Shown here: positions 51,561 through 61,700 of the stretch, one piece after another
Layout of the letters: each line of letters starts with the position of its first letter
Position numbering within the stretch: the stretch's first letter is position 1
DNA from: Schmidtea nova
Taxonomy: Eukaryota
NCBI GenBank assembly: GCA_044892505.1
Contig: CM097884.1
Coordinates: 132,370,001 to 132,434,000 of the forward strand
Reading direction: 5' to 3'
Length of the DNA: 64,000 bases
Notes under the pieces: model-generated
The model's database searches: none
Told to the model about the DNA's origin: nothing
Seen by the model: only the letters and a program-made list of their open reading frames with translations
Position numbers and translations under genes: made by a program

Positions 51561-52590
51561 TTATTTTACGAAAATGTAGAGTCAAATGAGTCTTTGTATC
51601 TTTTGAAAATTTAATTAATTTTCCACTGTCATCACGAATATTGATTTCAATGTTGTTTATAGTTGATGTTGAAATCGGCAAATACATTGGATTCTTTATT
51701 TCAATTTGTACAACTTCGCCTTGGTCATATTTCTTGATCCAAATTGATTTAAGGAGGGGAACTCGTACATCTCCAACAGTTACTGGTTCAATAATGTTGC
51801 TGTAAATGAACATTTGCTGATGAAGTTGTAAAATTTTGGGGATTTTTACACCAATTATTTCTGTATCAGTATATGTTTGTTTCTGTAGACCCAGAGATTT
51901 GGTTAAATTTGAATCAAAAGTAATTTTTGAAATATTATCCTGAAGAATAATTTTAACCAATTCATTATTGACAAGTTTCAATTCTTTAAATGGAGATGGA
52001 TTAATTTTCATTAAATATCCTTGCAATTCCGGTAATGACGTTATGAATAATTCATCTTGAAAAAAATAATCATTAACAGTTTTAATGTCATAATTTATTA
52101 AAATTCCAAATTGTTCAAGACTATTATCATTCGTGAATTTTGGTAATTTTAAACGACAATGGTCATTTTCACTTGTAATTGATATATTTTCCAATCCAAA
52201 ACTTTTTGCATGTTCAAGATCTGGAAATGTAATTTTAAATGGAACATGTGGGCAAACAATCACTAAATAATTATATTTTTCAATAAATACATCAGTGTCT
52301 GAACTAGGTTGAGAAACTATAACTTGAATTGTTTTATTTTGATTATTAATTCTCAAATAACTAATTTCTTGAATTTCTCTTTTAGTTTCAATTTGAATAA
52401 AAGAATTACTATAATACGGAAACAAATTATACACAAAAGTAAAATCAATCAAAGCAACTTCCCAATCGTCATTACTATTTAAATAAATCGGATTTTGAAA
52501 TTCTACATTAAAATTACTAGCTTCATTATTAGGATAAATAAGAGGACATGCATTGCTAGGCAAAATCATATAAAACTGGTTTTCTTTCAT
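51553..52590 (-). CDS. Minor capsid protein (penton) copy 1
   Basis: Same terminal motifs as copy 2 (FYMILPSN, WEVALIDF, VGDVRVPLLK, LTLHFRK). Confidence 0.9.
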   Translation of the reverse strand: MKENQFYMILPSNACPLIYPNNEASNFNVEFQNPIYLNSNDDWEVALIDFTFVYNLFPYYSNSFIQIETKREIQEISYLRINNQNKTIQVIVSQPSSDTDVFIEKYNYLVIVCPHVPFKITFPDLEHAKSFGLENISITSENDHCRLKLPKFTNDNSLEQFGILINYDIKTVNDYFFQDELFITSLPELQGYLMKINPSPFKELKLVNNELVKIILQDNISKITFDSNLTKSLGLQKQTYTDTEIIGVKIPKILQLHQQMFIYSNIIEPVTVGDVRVPLLKSIWIKKYDQGEVVQIEIKNPMYLPISTSTINNIEINIRDDSGKLIKFSKDTKTHLTLHFRKIND

Positions 52591-52595
52591 AATAT

Positions 52596-53681
52596 TTATT
52601 TAATCAATTGTTTTTCAGATATCCAACTTGGAGTTTCATATCCATGCCATTTAACGTAATATTGTTTATATTTCCCATCAGTTTTGGTTTTTAAAATCTT
52701 TTGAATTCTAAAAACTGTGGGAGCTGGAATAACTTGAAGTTCTTGTTCGTAGAATTTACCCTCGATTACATTGTTTTCATGATCGGAAATAGTATACATG
52801 ACAGGATTTTGATTAGTATCAAGATTTGAGATTTGATATACTTCATCACTCCAATTACTATCAAAATTTTTGATGAAGGGAGAAGCACTAATTTTACTCA
52901 TTCTCACATAATCACCTACTTTATATTTCGGTTTTTTATTAATTGATTTTAATCTATCTTTTATCCATCCATCAAAATTATTATTTGAATATACATCGAT
53001 AGGTTTCATTCTATTTAATCCCGAATGCGGTGAACGATTGTAACTGGAAATAATTTTCGGTAAAACATTTATCCATGTTTTGTTACCTTGATACACAAAA
53101 AACTTTTTCAAGCGATCTCTTAAAGTACGATTAAATCTTTCAACATGAGCAGCTTTGAATTGAGAAAATACAGAATAATGATTGATTCCTTTGATCACTT
53201 CTTTTACTTTGCTGTTATAAAACTCTTTTCCTAAATTAAAATTAAATAATTTTTAAAAATTTAATTTCTTACCCAAATCAGTTTGTAAATTACGTGGCTT
53301 CCCATCTTTAAATAAAGATTCAATAGCCTCAGCCATTTCATTAGCAGATTTAGTTTTTGTTGGAATAGCTCGTGCATAACGGCTAAAAACATCAATACAA
53401 GTCAAAATATATTTGTAACCCTTGTTAATTTTAGAATATGGAATCATTTCCATCAAATCCATTTGCCATAAATCGTTACCCCCAAAAGTTTTATATTTGC
53501 GTGTAGGAAATCTTTTCAACATTGGTTTATTTAAACTATATGCCAATTGATCAGATAACCATTTCTGAGTTTCATTCTTTGAACTTTTTATTCTTTTTGC
53601 CAATTTTTTGACTGAACCAAAACCATCGGGATCTTTTGGGTTTGTCCATATCGTTTTTATATTCTTCATGATTTTCTTCAT
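52596..53681 (-). CDS. Retroviral-type integrase with C-terminal chromodomain (347 aa; exons 53681-53273 and 53230-52596)
   Basis: DDE triad WQMDL / QTDLG / HVERFNRTL and chromodomain YYVKWHGY..PSW. A 42-nt GTAAG..TTTAG intron (53272-53231) restores TDLGKEFYN. Confidence 0.93.
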
Positions 53682-53743
53682 TAATACAACAATTTGTTAG
53701 AATATTTAAATCTATATTATGTTTATTCGGTTCAGAAATTTTA

Positions 53744-54073
53744 TTACCCATTTCTTAAAGATGAGATTGCGCTTATTGCTGATAATACTATTGGAATTAA
53801 TGTACCGAGAAACCCACCCTTTTGTTTATATATTATTTTTCGCATAAGATTTCTATTTTTGGTATTCACTAATGACAAAAGTGAATTTTTATGTTTTTGT
53901 AGTTCAATTTTCTTTGATCTACTAATATTTACATTACCATGAACAATATTAAAAACGATTTCAAGTAAATCATCAATAACAAAGGGTGGGAAAGCTTGTA
54001 AAATTATCATTCGCTTATTTGTTGGAGCTTTAACCAAAGCATTAAAATACGGTAAACTACGTTCAAATTTCAT
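53744..54073 (-). CDS. Putative core/membrane-active protein with adenovirus pX-like C-terminus
   Basis: QKGG|FLGTLIPIVLSAISAI resembles adenovirus protein X (xRGG|xLPxLIPxIAAAI) and related Polinton ORFs. Confidence 0.72.
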   Translation of the reverse strand: MKFERSLPYFNALVKAPTNKRMIILQAFPPFVIDDLLEIVFNIVHGNVNISRSKKIELQKHKNSLLSLVNTKNRNLMRKIIYKQKGGFLGTLIPIVLSAISAISSLRNG

Positions 54074-54103
54074 GATTAAAATTATTGTATATATTTATTT
54101 CGT

Positions 54104-54289
54104 TTATAATTTTATCCACTTCTTAACTTGTTTCTTTCTTTTACCAATCTTTTTGGTAACTTTTTTAACTAATTTAGATTTTCGATCAACTTTTTTAAGA
54201 ATTTTTTGATCAACTTTTTTAAGTAGTTTTTGATCAGCTTTTTGAATAGCTTCTTTATTTAACTTGACAATTACTTTTTTAAATGACAT
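54104..54289 (-). CDS. Small lysine-rich protein (61 aa), possible DNA-condensing protein
   Basis: Very basic, with repeated K.DQK.LK; tightly packed between the ATPase and the pX-like gene on the same strand. Confidence 0.55.
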   Translation of the reverse strand: MSFKKVIVKLNKEAIQKADQKLLKKVDQKILKKVDRKSKLVKKVTKKIGKRKKQVKKWIKL

Positions 54290-54310
54290 TATTATTTCAT
54301 TTATTTATTT

Positions 54311-54934
54311 TCAATTTTGTTTATAAACCGTGACTCCTTTTTCGTTAAATATATCCGTTCGGATACGTAAATCATCAGGACATTGTTGAGTAAAATCAAA
54401 GAATAAATATCCATGAGAAACTTTAGTAGCATCTTGAAATGAATTAATTAAGAATTTCCTATCATTAGGGTAAGCTTGTCTTGCTAGAAAATCAATAATT
54501 GTAGCATCTCTTGGGTTTTTGAATATAACCAAGTATTGAACATTTAAATTACGAGTTCTGTGACTACCACCTTGATGAAATAAATTTTGAGTAATGAAAA
54601 TTACAGTAACTCCTAAATGTCTACTAATTTTTGTGAATAAATTATTAAAATCTTTTTCTTTATTTGCTTCTTGGTACAAATCATCGATAATTATAACATC
54701 GCCTTGTCGTAATCTAGATGACCAGTTTTTATCAAACCCTTTTATAATTGTCATTTTTAATTTGCAGAATTGATCTTGAGTCAGTCCATGTTCTTCATCA
54801 GCTCCCCGATGCCAGTAAATTTTATTGAATTTTGATTTAAACATTTTTGATTGCAACAATTTACATACAAATAATGTTTTTCCACTACCACTTGAGCCCA
54901 CTATTTGATAAACTGCATCATTTCTTACTTCCAT
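54311..54934 (-). CDS. A32/FtsK-like DNA packaging ATPase
   Basis: Walker A GSSGSGKT, Walker B IIIDD, and SRHLGVTVIFITQNLF. Confidence 0.95.
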   Translation of the reverse strand: MEVRNDAVYQIVGSSGSGKTLFVCKLLQSKMFKSKFNKIYWHRGADEEHGLTQDQFCKLKMTIIKGFDKNWSSRLRQGDVIIIDDLYQEANKEKDFNNLFTKISRHLGVTVIFITQNLFHQGGSHRTRNLNVQYLVIFKNPRDATIIDFLARQAYPNDRKFLINSFQDATKVSHGYLFFDFTQQCPDDLRIRTDIFNEKGVTVYKQN

Positions 54935-54990
54935 TTTTATTTAATTAATTAATTAATTTAATATTGTTTATATTTATTCAATTTATAAAA

Positions 54991-55473
54991 ATGATAAGTA
55001 ATATTAATTATATGGGCAAGTGTTTAGTTCCAAACATGTTATTTCCTGTTGGGAAACCCCAGCAAGTTATAGATAGGAGTGGAAAGTACCCTATTTTATT
55101 TTTCAGATCGGGAAAATGCCGTGTAATGGGTTGTAAGCAACCGTTAAAACAAGATGATTTGAAATATAAAATTACCGATTTAAAAATTCAATCGATCACC
55201 ATAACATTGGATATGGGTAAATCCATAAATTTATACGAATTGCAAAATAAAACAGAGTGCTGGTACGAACCCGAAATATTTCCAGCTTTAAGATTAATAA
55301 ATTATAACCCTATTTGTATTAATATTTTTTCAAGTGGAAAAGTTGTAATATTAGGAATTAAAACATTGGATTATTTTAATCAAGTAAATGAAATTAAAAA
55401 TTATATTAATTCATTAATTAATAATGAATTAATTGATGAAAAATATCTCGATTTATTATTTAATTTTGTTTAA
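54991..55473 (+). CDS. TATA-binding-protein-like protein encoded by the Maverick (160 aa from ATG 54991)
   Basis: Two TBP-like repeats: ILFFRSGKCRVMGCK vs LIFSSGKMVCTGAK; DLKIQS..LD..INLYEL vs DFKIQN..CD..IRLEGL; YEPEIFPAL vs YEPELFPGL; NIFSSGKVVILGIK vs LIFVSGKVVLTGAK. Confidence 0.88.
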   Translation: MISNINYMGKCLVPNMLFPVGKPQQVIDRSGKYPILFFRSGKCRVMGCKQPLKQDDLKYKITDLKIQSITITLDMGKSINLYELQNKTECWYEPEIFPALRLINYNPICINIFSSGKVVILGIKTLDYFNQVNEIKNYINSLINNELIDEKYLDLLFNFV

Positions 55474-55508
55474 ATACATTGTTATTTTACAAATCCATAT
55501 TTTTGAAA

Positions 55509-55894
55509 ATGTCTAAAAGTAAGTATTATTTTTAATTAACTATATTATTAATATTTTTAATTTAGCTTATTTATTTGAAGTGGTCCTGAAGAAAATTCAA
55601 GAATTATATCCAAAAATAAAAGATTCTTTGGATTACTGTGCGCCAGAGTTATTGGTTCATAAGATATACAAACTTACTGGGATCAATATCGAACAATTGC
55701 TCGAGATTCATTACGATATGGTGCTAGGAGCTGGAGTCAAATGCATTGAAAATTGCATTGTTTGCAATGATTCACTGAGAGTATCCTGCGTAAACGGATG
55801 TGCATGCTGTCATGATTTTAAAAGAGATCATTCGGTGCATATCTTAATGTCAGAAATGCGTAAAGCATATTATAACGACATTTATAATTTATAA
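55509..55894 (+). CDS. Cys/His-rich hypothetical protein (112 aa; exons 55509-55518 and 55566-55894)
   Basis: A 47-nt GTAAGT..TTTAG intron joins MSK to TYLFEVVLKK in frame; C-x3-C-x2-C...C-x3-C-x-CC-H..H cluster. Confidence 0.7.
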
Positions 55895-55967
55895 TAAAGT
55901 TTTGTGATTTAGTTGTTCTTTATTTTTATTTCAAAGTTTTTTCTTAATAATTTACTATTTTATTGTA

Positions 55968-56887
55968 TTATTTACACTGTGATGAAATATTAGTGTTATT
56001 NNNNNNNNNNNNNNNNNNNNNNNNNNNNNNNNNNNNNNNNNNNNNNNNNNNNNNNNNNNNNNNNNNNNNNNNNNNNNNNNNNNNNNNNNNNNNNNNNNNN
56101 NNNNNNNNNNNNNNNNNNNNNNNNNNNNNNNNNNNNNNNNNNNNNNNNNNNNNNNNNNNNNNNNNNNNNNNNNNNNNNNNNNNNNNNNNNNNNNNNNNNN
56201 NNNNTTTTCCCACTGAACCGAAAATATAAAAATAAATAAATATTAATTAATAAATATAAATTAAAATAAATAAATATAAATTATTAAATATAATTTATTA
56301 AATATAAATTAAAATAAATAAATAAAAATTAATAAAAATTAATAAAAATAAATAAAATTAATAAAAATTATTAAAAATAAATTATTAAATATAAATTATT
56401 AAAAATAAAAATAAATTATTAAATATAAAAATAATTAAATATAAATTAAAAATAATTAAAAATTATTAAAAATAAATTAAAAATAAATTAAAATAAATTA
56501 AATTATTAANNNNNNNNNNNNNNNNNNNNNNNNNNNNNNNNNNNNNNNNNNNNNNNNNNNNNNNNNNNNNNNNNNNNNNNNNNNNNNNNNNNNNNNNNNN
56601 NNNNNNNNNNNNNNNNNNNNNNNNNNNNNNNNNNNNNNNNNNNNNNNNNNNNNNNNNNNAAAATAATAAATTAAATTGACTTCATTTAAACAAAAAATTA
56701 AAATTAAAAAATTAACTTCATTTAAACAAAATTAAAAATTAAAAATTCACTTAATTTAAACAAAATAAAAAATTTTTAAAAATTCACTTCATTTAAACAA
56801 AAATTTTTTTTTGGGGGGGGGGGTAAAAAAATTTTTAGGGGGGAGGGGGGGTCTGTTCCTGTTCTTGGGCGCTCCCCCTACTCTACT
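55968..56887. repeat. Maverick right TIR (~0.9 kb, partly N)
   Basis: Ends ...CTCCCCCTACTCTACT, followed by TSD GTCCTG. Confidence 0.92.
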
Positions 56888-58278
56888 GTCCTGTAAAAAT
56901 GGGTGAACATTCCCAAAAAGTGAGCGCTGACTGATTCAAAATTGTTATTGAGCGAATATCTGAAGTGGATTCACGGGCGACCGACAGAAGGTATATCGCC
57001 AATTTTTGTCCCTTCAATATTCAACTATCTTCGCTCTCCTAGTAATAATAGAATTTAAATTATACCATTCGTTTCACTCAGACTATATAATCAAAAATTA
57101 AATTTCAAAACTTTTTGTAAACGCATTATCAGTAAATTAGCGAGAAAAGATTAATTTTTCGTATCGAAATTACAGCAAATGGATTGAAACAAATAATTAA
57201 TTAAGTAACGCCAAAATAAAGTATAATACGCAAACAAAATACAGTTTAAAAAATTAACGAATAATATAATGTAATTACATGAATTTTTTACGAGGATGGT
57301 AATTTTGAGATTTCAATTCAGGATTATTCCATCGTAAGATCTACAATTTTCGACACCAATAATCATTTCTTTCATTAGTTGGGCTTCTTGACAGCGCTTT
57401 CGGCCAGCTCTGATAACTTTGTTTGGTTAGTATTTCATACGGGTGAAAGGTTCTAGATTTGGCTGGTTTGAATTCTTTTACCGATTCACTGAGAAGAGTT
57501 CAAGGGATTTTAAAGATGCTGAGAGGATTAACCCCATCATAATGCCAAAGTTTATTTGGCATCTGGCCAGTTGTACCTCTTGTTTCGTGACCGACATTTT
57601 TAATGCTTGGATTATCGACGCATCCTCTTCGGCTTATTTCATTACCCTCTGGTTCTGCTTTCTATTGTGCTCGAAATTTTCTTCACTAATCTAGGTTGAC
57701 TCCATTTTTCGGAACAAAGCCTTGAACTTGTCCAATGATCTTTAAAAGACTTTTTCGAGTTTCATTTGGTTTTTATGGTTTTCAAACTCCCGCATATGAT
57801 TCTGCATAGATTTAACATTCACGTCGATCTTCAAGATAATCTTCATTAAATCGTCCATTTACTAAATTAAATTGGCAATAAAATTCTCGCTTATTAAAAC
57901 TTTTATCACTAATAGGATTAACGAGGTATGCTCGGTTATACTCATACTACTGATCCTCAAACAACTTACATTCTACATCAACTATTAATCATTATCATTT
58001 TTATTCAGTTTGATTTTTATTGTAATTTGTTTCTTTATTGTTTACTTGAATATAAGAATCCAAATTCTTTTCTTTCTTTTTCTTAGAGTTATAATTTGTT
58101 TCAATGTTACCGCCGATTTCTGATTTCGTTTCCACTATTAATTCTAAATTCAATTTCTTTGTAAATTTTGCTTTTTCAAGAAATTTATTATTATACTTAG
58201 CATTATCGTGGTCCATAATTAATGACTATATCGGCTGTAACAAATCTATTGGTACAATATAAAATTGTTGCATCTAAG

Positions 58279-58797
58279 TCATCTTAGTGATAGTGTTTCT
58301 GATAATTTAAAATTTGTGGCAAGTGTTGCCGTTGAGATAATTCGTGCACTCCTCCAGAATTTCGAATCAGAAAGGTTTGATTTTCTGCTATCGTTGCTTG
58401 TCAAATGATACATATAAACTAAGGATTTAATAGTCCACTTTTCGATATTCTTTTGTATGATTTCGATTTGACTCATATTCAAAACTCTCGGTTGAACCCA
58501 TTTTACCATCAATTTCTCATTGACTTCATCGGCATCGGCTTCAACAGGTTTCGTTGTTGCTGCTGTCTTGACTACTTGACGAAATGCTTTCTTATCTTCC
58601 TTGGAGAACGATTTTATATGATTAAACCATCTTAAAGCATAGAAATAGCAGTCTTTAATTGACGAACATGCTTGAAACACTTCAACATCAGCAGTAAATT
58701 GATAATATCCATTAACATGGTTTTCATTGAACATATAATCGTTCAAGTTTAATTGACAGATATCGATTTTTAGATTACCGAATTCCATCTTTTTCAA
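58279..58797 (-). CDS. Hypothetical 172-aa ORF in a degenerate repeat-derived region
   Basis: Open frame of normal complexity; no motif recognised. Confidence 0.3.
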   Translation of the reverse strand: MKKMEFGNLKIDICQLNLNDYMFNENHVNGYYQFTADVEVFQACSSIKDCYFYALRWFNHIKSFSKEDKKAFRQVVKTAATTKPVEADADEVNEKLMVKWVQPRVLNMSQIEIIQKNIEKWTIKSLVYMYHLTSNDSRKSNLSDSKFWRSARIISTATLATNFKLSETLSLR

Positions 58798-61700
58798 ATT
58801 TAAATCAAATTAAGAATTTTCAATTCCACAAAATTTTTATTAATCCAATTGATTTGGATAAACAAAAAAACAAATCGTCCAAAATTAGTTTTTATCCAAA
58901 AAAATCCAATCAAAAGAAATTAAACTCCAAATTTAAATCAACTCCAAAAATCCTAAAAATCAATCGATAAAACAAAAAAAAATTAAAATCCGTCAAAATT
59001 AATTCTAATAATCAAAAGGCATTTTTAAATCAATTTTGTCCCAACCAATCAAAGAACTCGCACACAGACGCGAGCACCCTTACCAAGGAACACACATCAA
59101 GCCTCCAAAACCGCACAGCACACACCACATGTCATTTCGAACCATTTTTCTGTTTTTTAATTTTTCGACTCAAGTTAATAAAAATACAATCAATCGAACA
59201 AATAAATGTTCAAGAATAGGAGGCAATTGAAAAGAAAATTCAACTGAAAATGCTCTTAAATAAGAATTACGTTTTTGTAAATCATGAGGTCGAATGAGAA
59301 TTATTATCATTGTTATTATTGCTTTCCGAATCCGATTGCACGAGATAAAATTAGAGACCAATTTATACATCATGATCGAGGCTTTTTAATGCCCCCGCTA
59401 GATATGCGATATTTTCCTTTTGAAATTATTATTTGAAATTGGCCAAAAAGGTTATCAATATTGAAATTTCAATTATTCCTCAACAGATAGTTTACGTTTT
59501 ATACGAAGTCTTACATAGATTATCTGAATTTTTCTATTATGTTGGGCAAAAATTGAAAATTGTTTTAATAAAGCAGTAACCCATAAGTAGAGAACGCGCA
59601 AGATTTAATTTTAACCCAAACATTCCTTAAAAACCAAAGTGATTAAGCGAGAAATACCAAAAAGGTGAAGTGGACTCAAACACATCAACCAGTAGAGAAC
59701 ACGCTAGCTGTGAATTTGCAAGTCCTTACACTGAAATCTCGAGAAAAATTAGAAGTCGTCAAAAGAAGAACGTTTGAAAGTTAGAATAGGCAGGAAACCT
59801 ATTGAAAATAACCATAAAAAACGGAATTGTGTTTTAAAACTTCTGTGCAGAAAAATTTAACAAAATTTTAGCAGAAAATTGTGATTTTATCAAAAAATTT
59901 CACATTAACAATAAAAAGAACTAATCTTGATCGAAATATCGTAAATTAAATCAAATCGAATAAATTTCGATTCAAAAATAAAAATTTTGAATTAAAATAA
60001 ATTATTTATGGTTTATAAAAAATTATTACATAAAAATATGGATTTAATTTTTCGGAAAATCATTAGAATTAATTTAGAAAAATTAAAAAGAACATTCTAG
60101 AACAAATTGTTTTACTGCACTAGTGAAGGTTACGCAAAATAGATGGTATATATACCGCCATCAAAAAGGCAATAATCAGAATTTGTGGAAATTTTTATTT
60201 AAAATTATAATTTGGTGAAAATTTTCTAACTTGTAGAATTTGAAGAATTTTATTCAGAATTTTGGGAACGAATTTTTCAGATTTTTCAGAGTTTAGAATC
60301 AATTTGAGAAAGAACTTTAATTTCGGCAGAGAGAATTTTTTCCGAGATTTTTCAGAAGAGAATTTTGCAGAAACTTGAATTTTGAATTTGTGAGAATTTA
60401 CTCCGAAGACTTAGAAGATTCTAAAAGTTTTTGCGAACCTTGCTAAAGGAAATGTAAGAATTATTTTTCTTTTAAATTTGTTGTGAGGGGTATGGGATCA
60501 TCGAGCATCATGCCTGACGATCATTCCAATCCTCGCGCTTTATTTATCGATACTGTATTTGTTATTTTTATTTTTCAATTTAATTCGAATTCCTCAAGAT
60601 CTCACTCTTTGTTAGTTTTCAGTAATTTTTAATACTTTCAGTTCGTCGCCTCTCCGTTAGTCTCTTTTTTCCCCTCTCTTTTGCTCTGCCTTTTATACCT
60701 CTCTCAAATAACAATTAAGTTTTATCAATAACTAAAAGTTACCCAATCTCCGGCTTAATTGTTTTAATAACAAATTATTAAGATTGCGCTAGGGTGACTT
60801 TTCCTTAATTGTCCTGCCCAATCTCCCTACTTTGATCTCTCGGGTCTCTACTGCTTTCGGGCTTTCCAAATCGCTCGGGTTTCCCATTGCTTCCGGCTTC
60901 CCATTGTCTCGGGCTACCCATTGAGCGATTAATTAATTTTAATTAGTTTGTTTTTACTATATAACTTTCTCTGGTGACCCCTTACTAAATTTCTGTTTTT
61001 ATTTTTGGGTTTGTCTTTTGATTTGACTTGCAACCATACCCATTTCCCCCGATGAATATTAATTTTAAATGTTTGATAAATTTTAATTAATTTTTGCCCT
61101 TTTTATTTTTTTTGATATTTCTTGTTACGTTTGTGATTTTTACACTTACCTAAACATTAACATCTCATGTGTCATTGTCTAGGAAGAGGGGTTTGAGAAA
61201 AATAAAATAAAATATTTTTGAAAAAAATTTGTGTTTAATTACATATATAATCGATTTATAGTAGCAACTCATGGGCTTTGTCTAAGGATGGGGCGTTTAA
61301 AAAATAAAATATTTTTGAAAAAATTCTGTTTTAAAGTACATATATAATCTATAAAATACATATGAGTCATGTGTCTTTGTCTAGGGGGTTTCAAAATAGA
61401 AAGATTTTGATTGGGTGTACGCTAAATTAACAAAGACATTAGATGTGTTAGTGACTAACACATCTAATGTCTTTGTTTAACGGACATAGAAATATTTTCG
61501 AAAATTTTGTTGACACATACAAATAAAACTTTTTATTCGATTTCTGGAAAAATTAAAATATTTTATGAGAGGGAGGTACCAAAAAGTTAAAAATGATGTC
61601 ATAAAAATGATGAGTCATCGAATTTTTTGACATGCCGACTTTGACGCTTTATAGAACAAAGACCATAAGTCATGCCATCTACTATGGAACATCATCTTGT

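Larger units (their letters stand above)
41865..56887. mobile_element. Full-length Maverick/Polinton (polintovirus-like), ~15.0 kb including N gaps
   Basis: TIRs starting AGTAGAGTAG; 6-bp TSD GTCCTG (41859-41864, 56888-56893); pPolB, PRO, MCP, two mCP, INT and ATPase all present. Confidence 0.97.
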
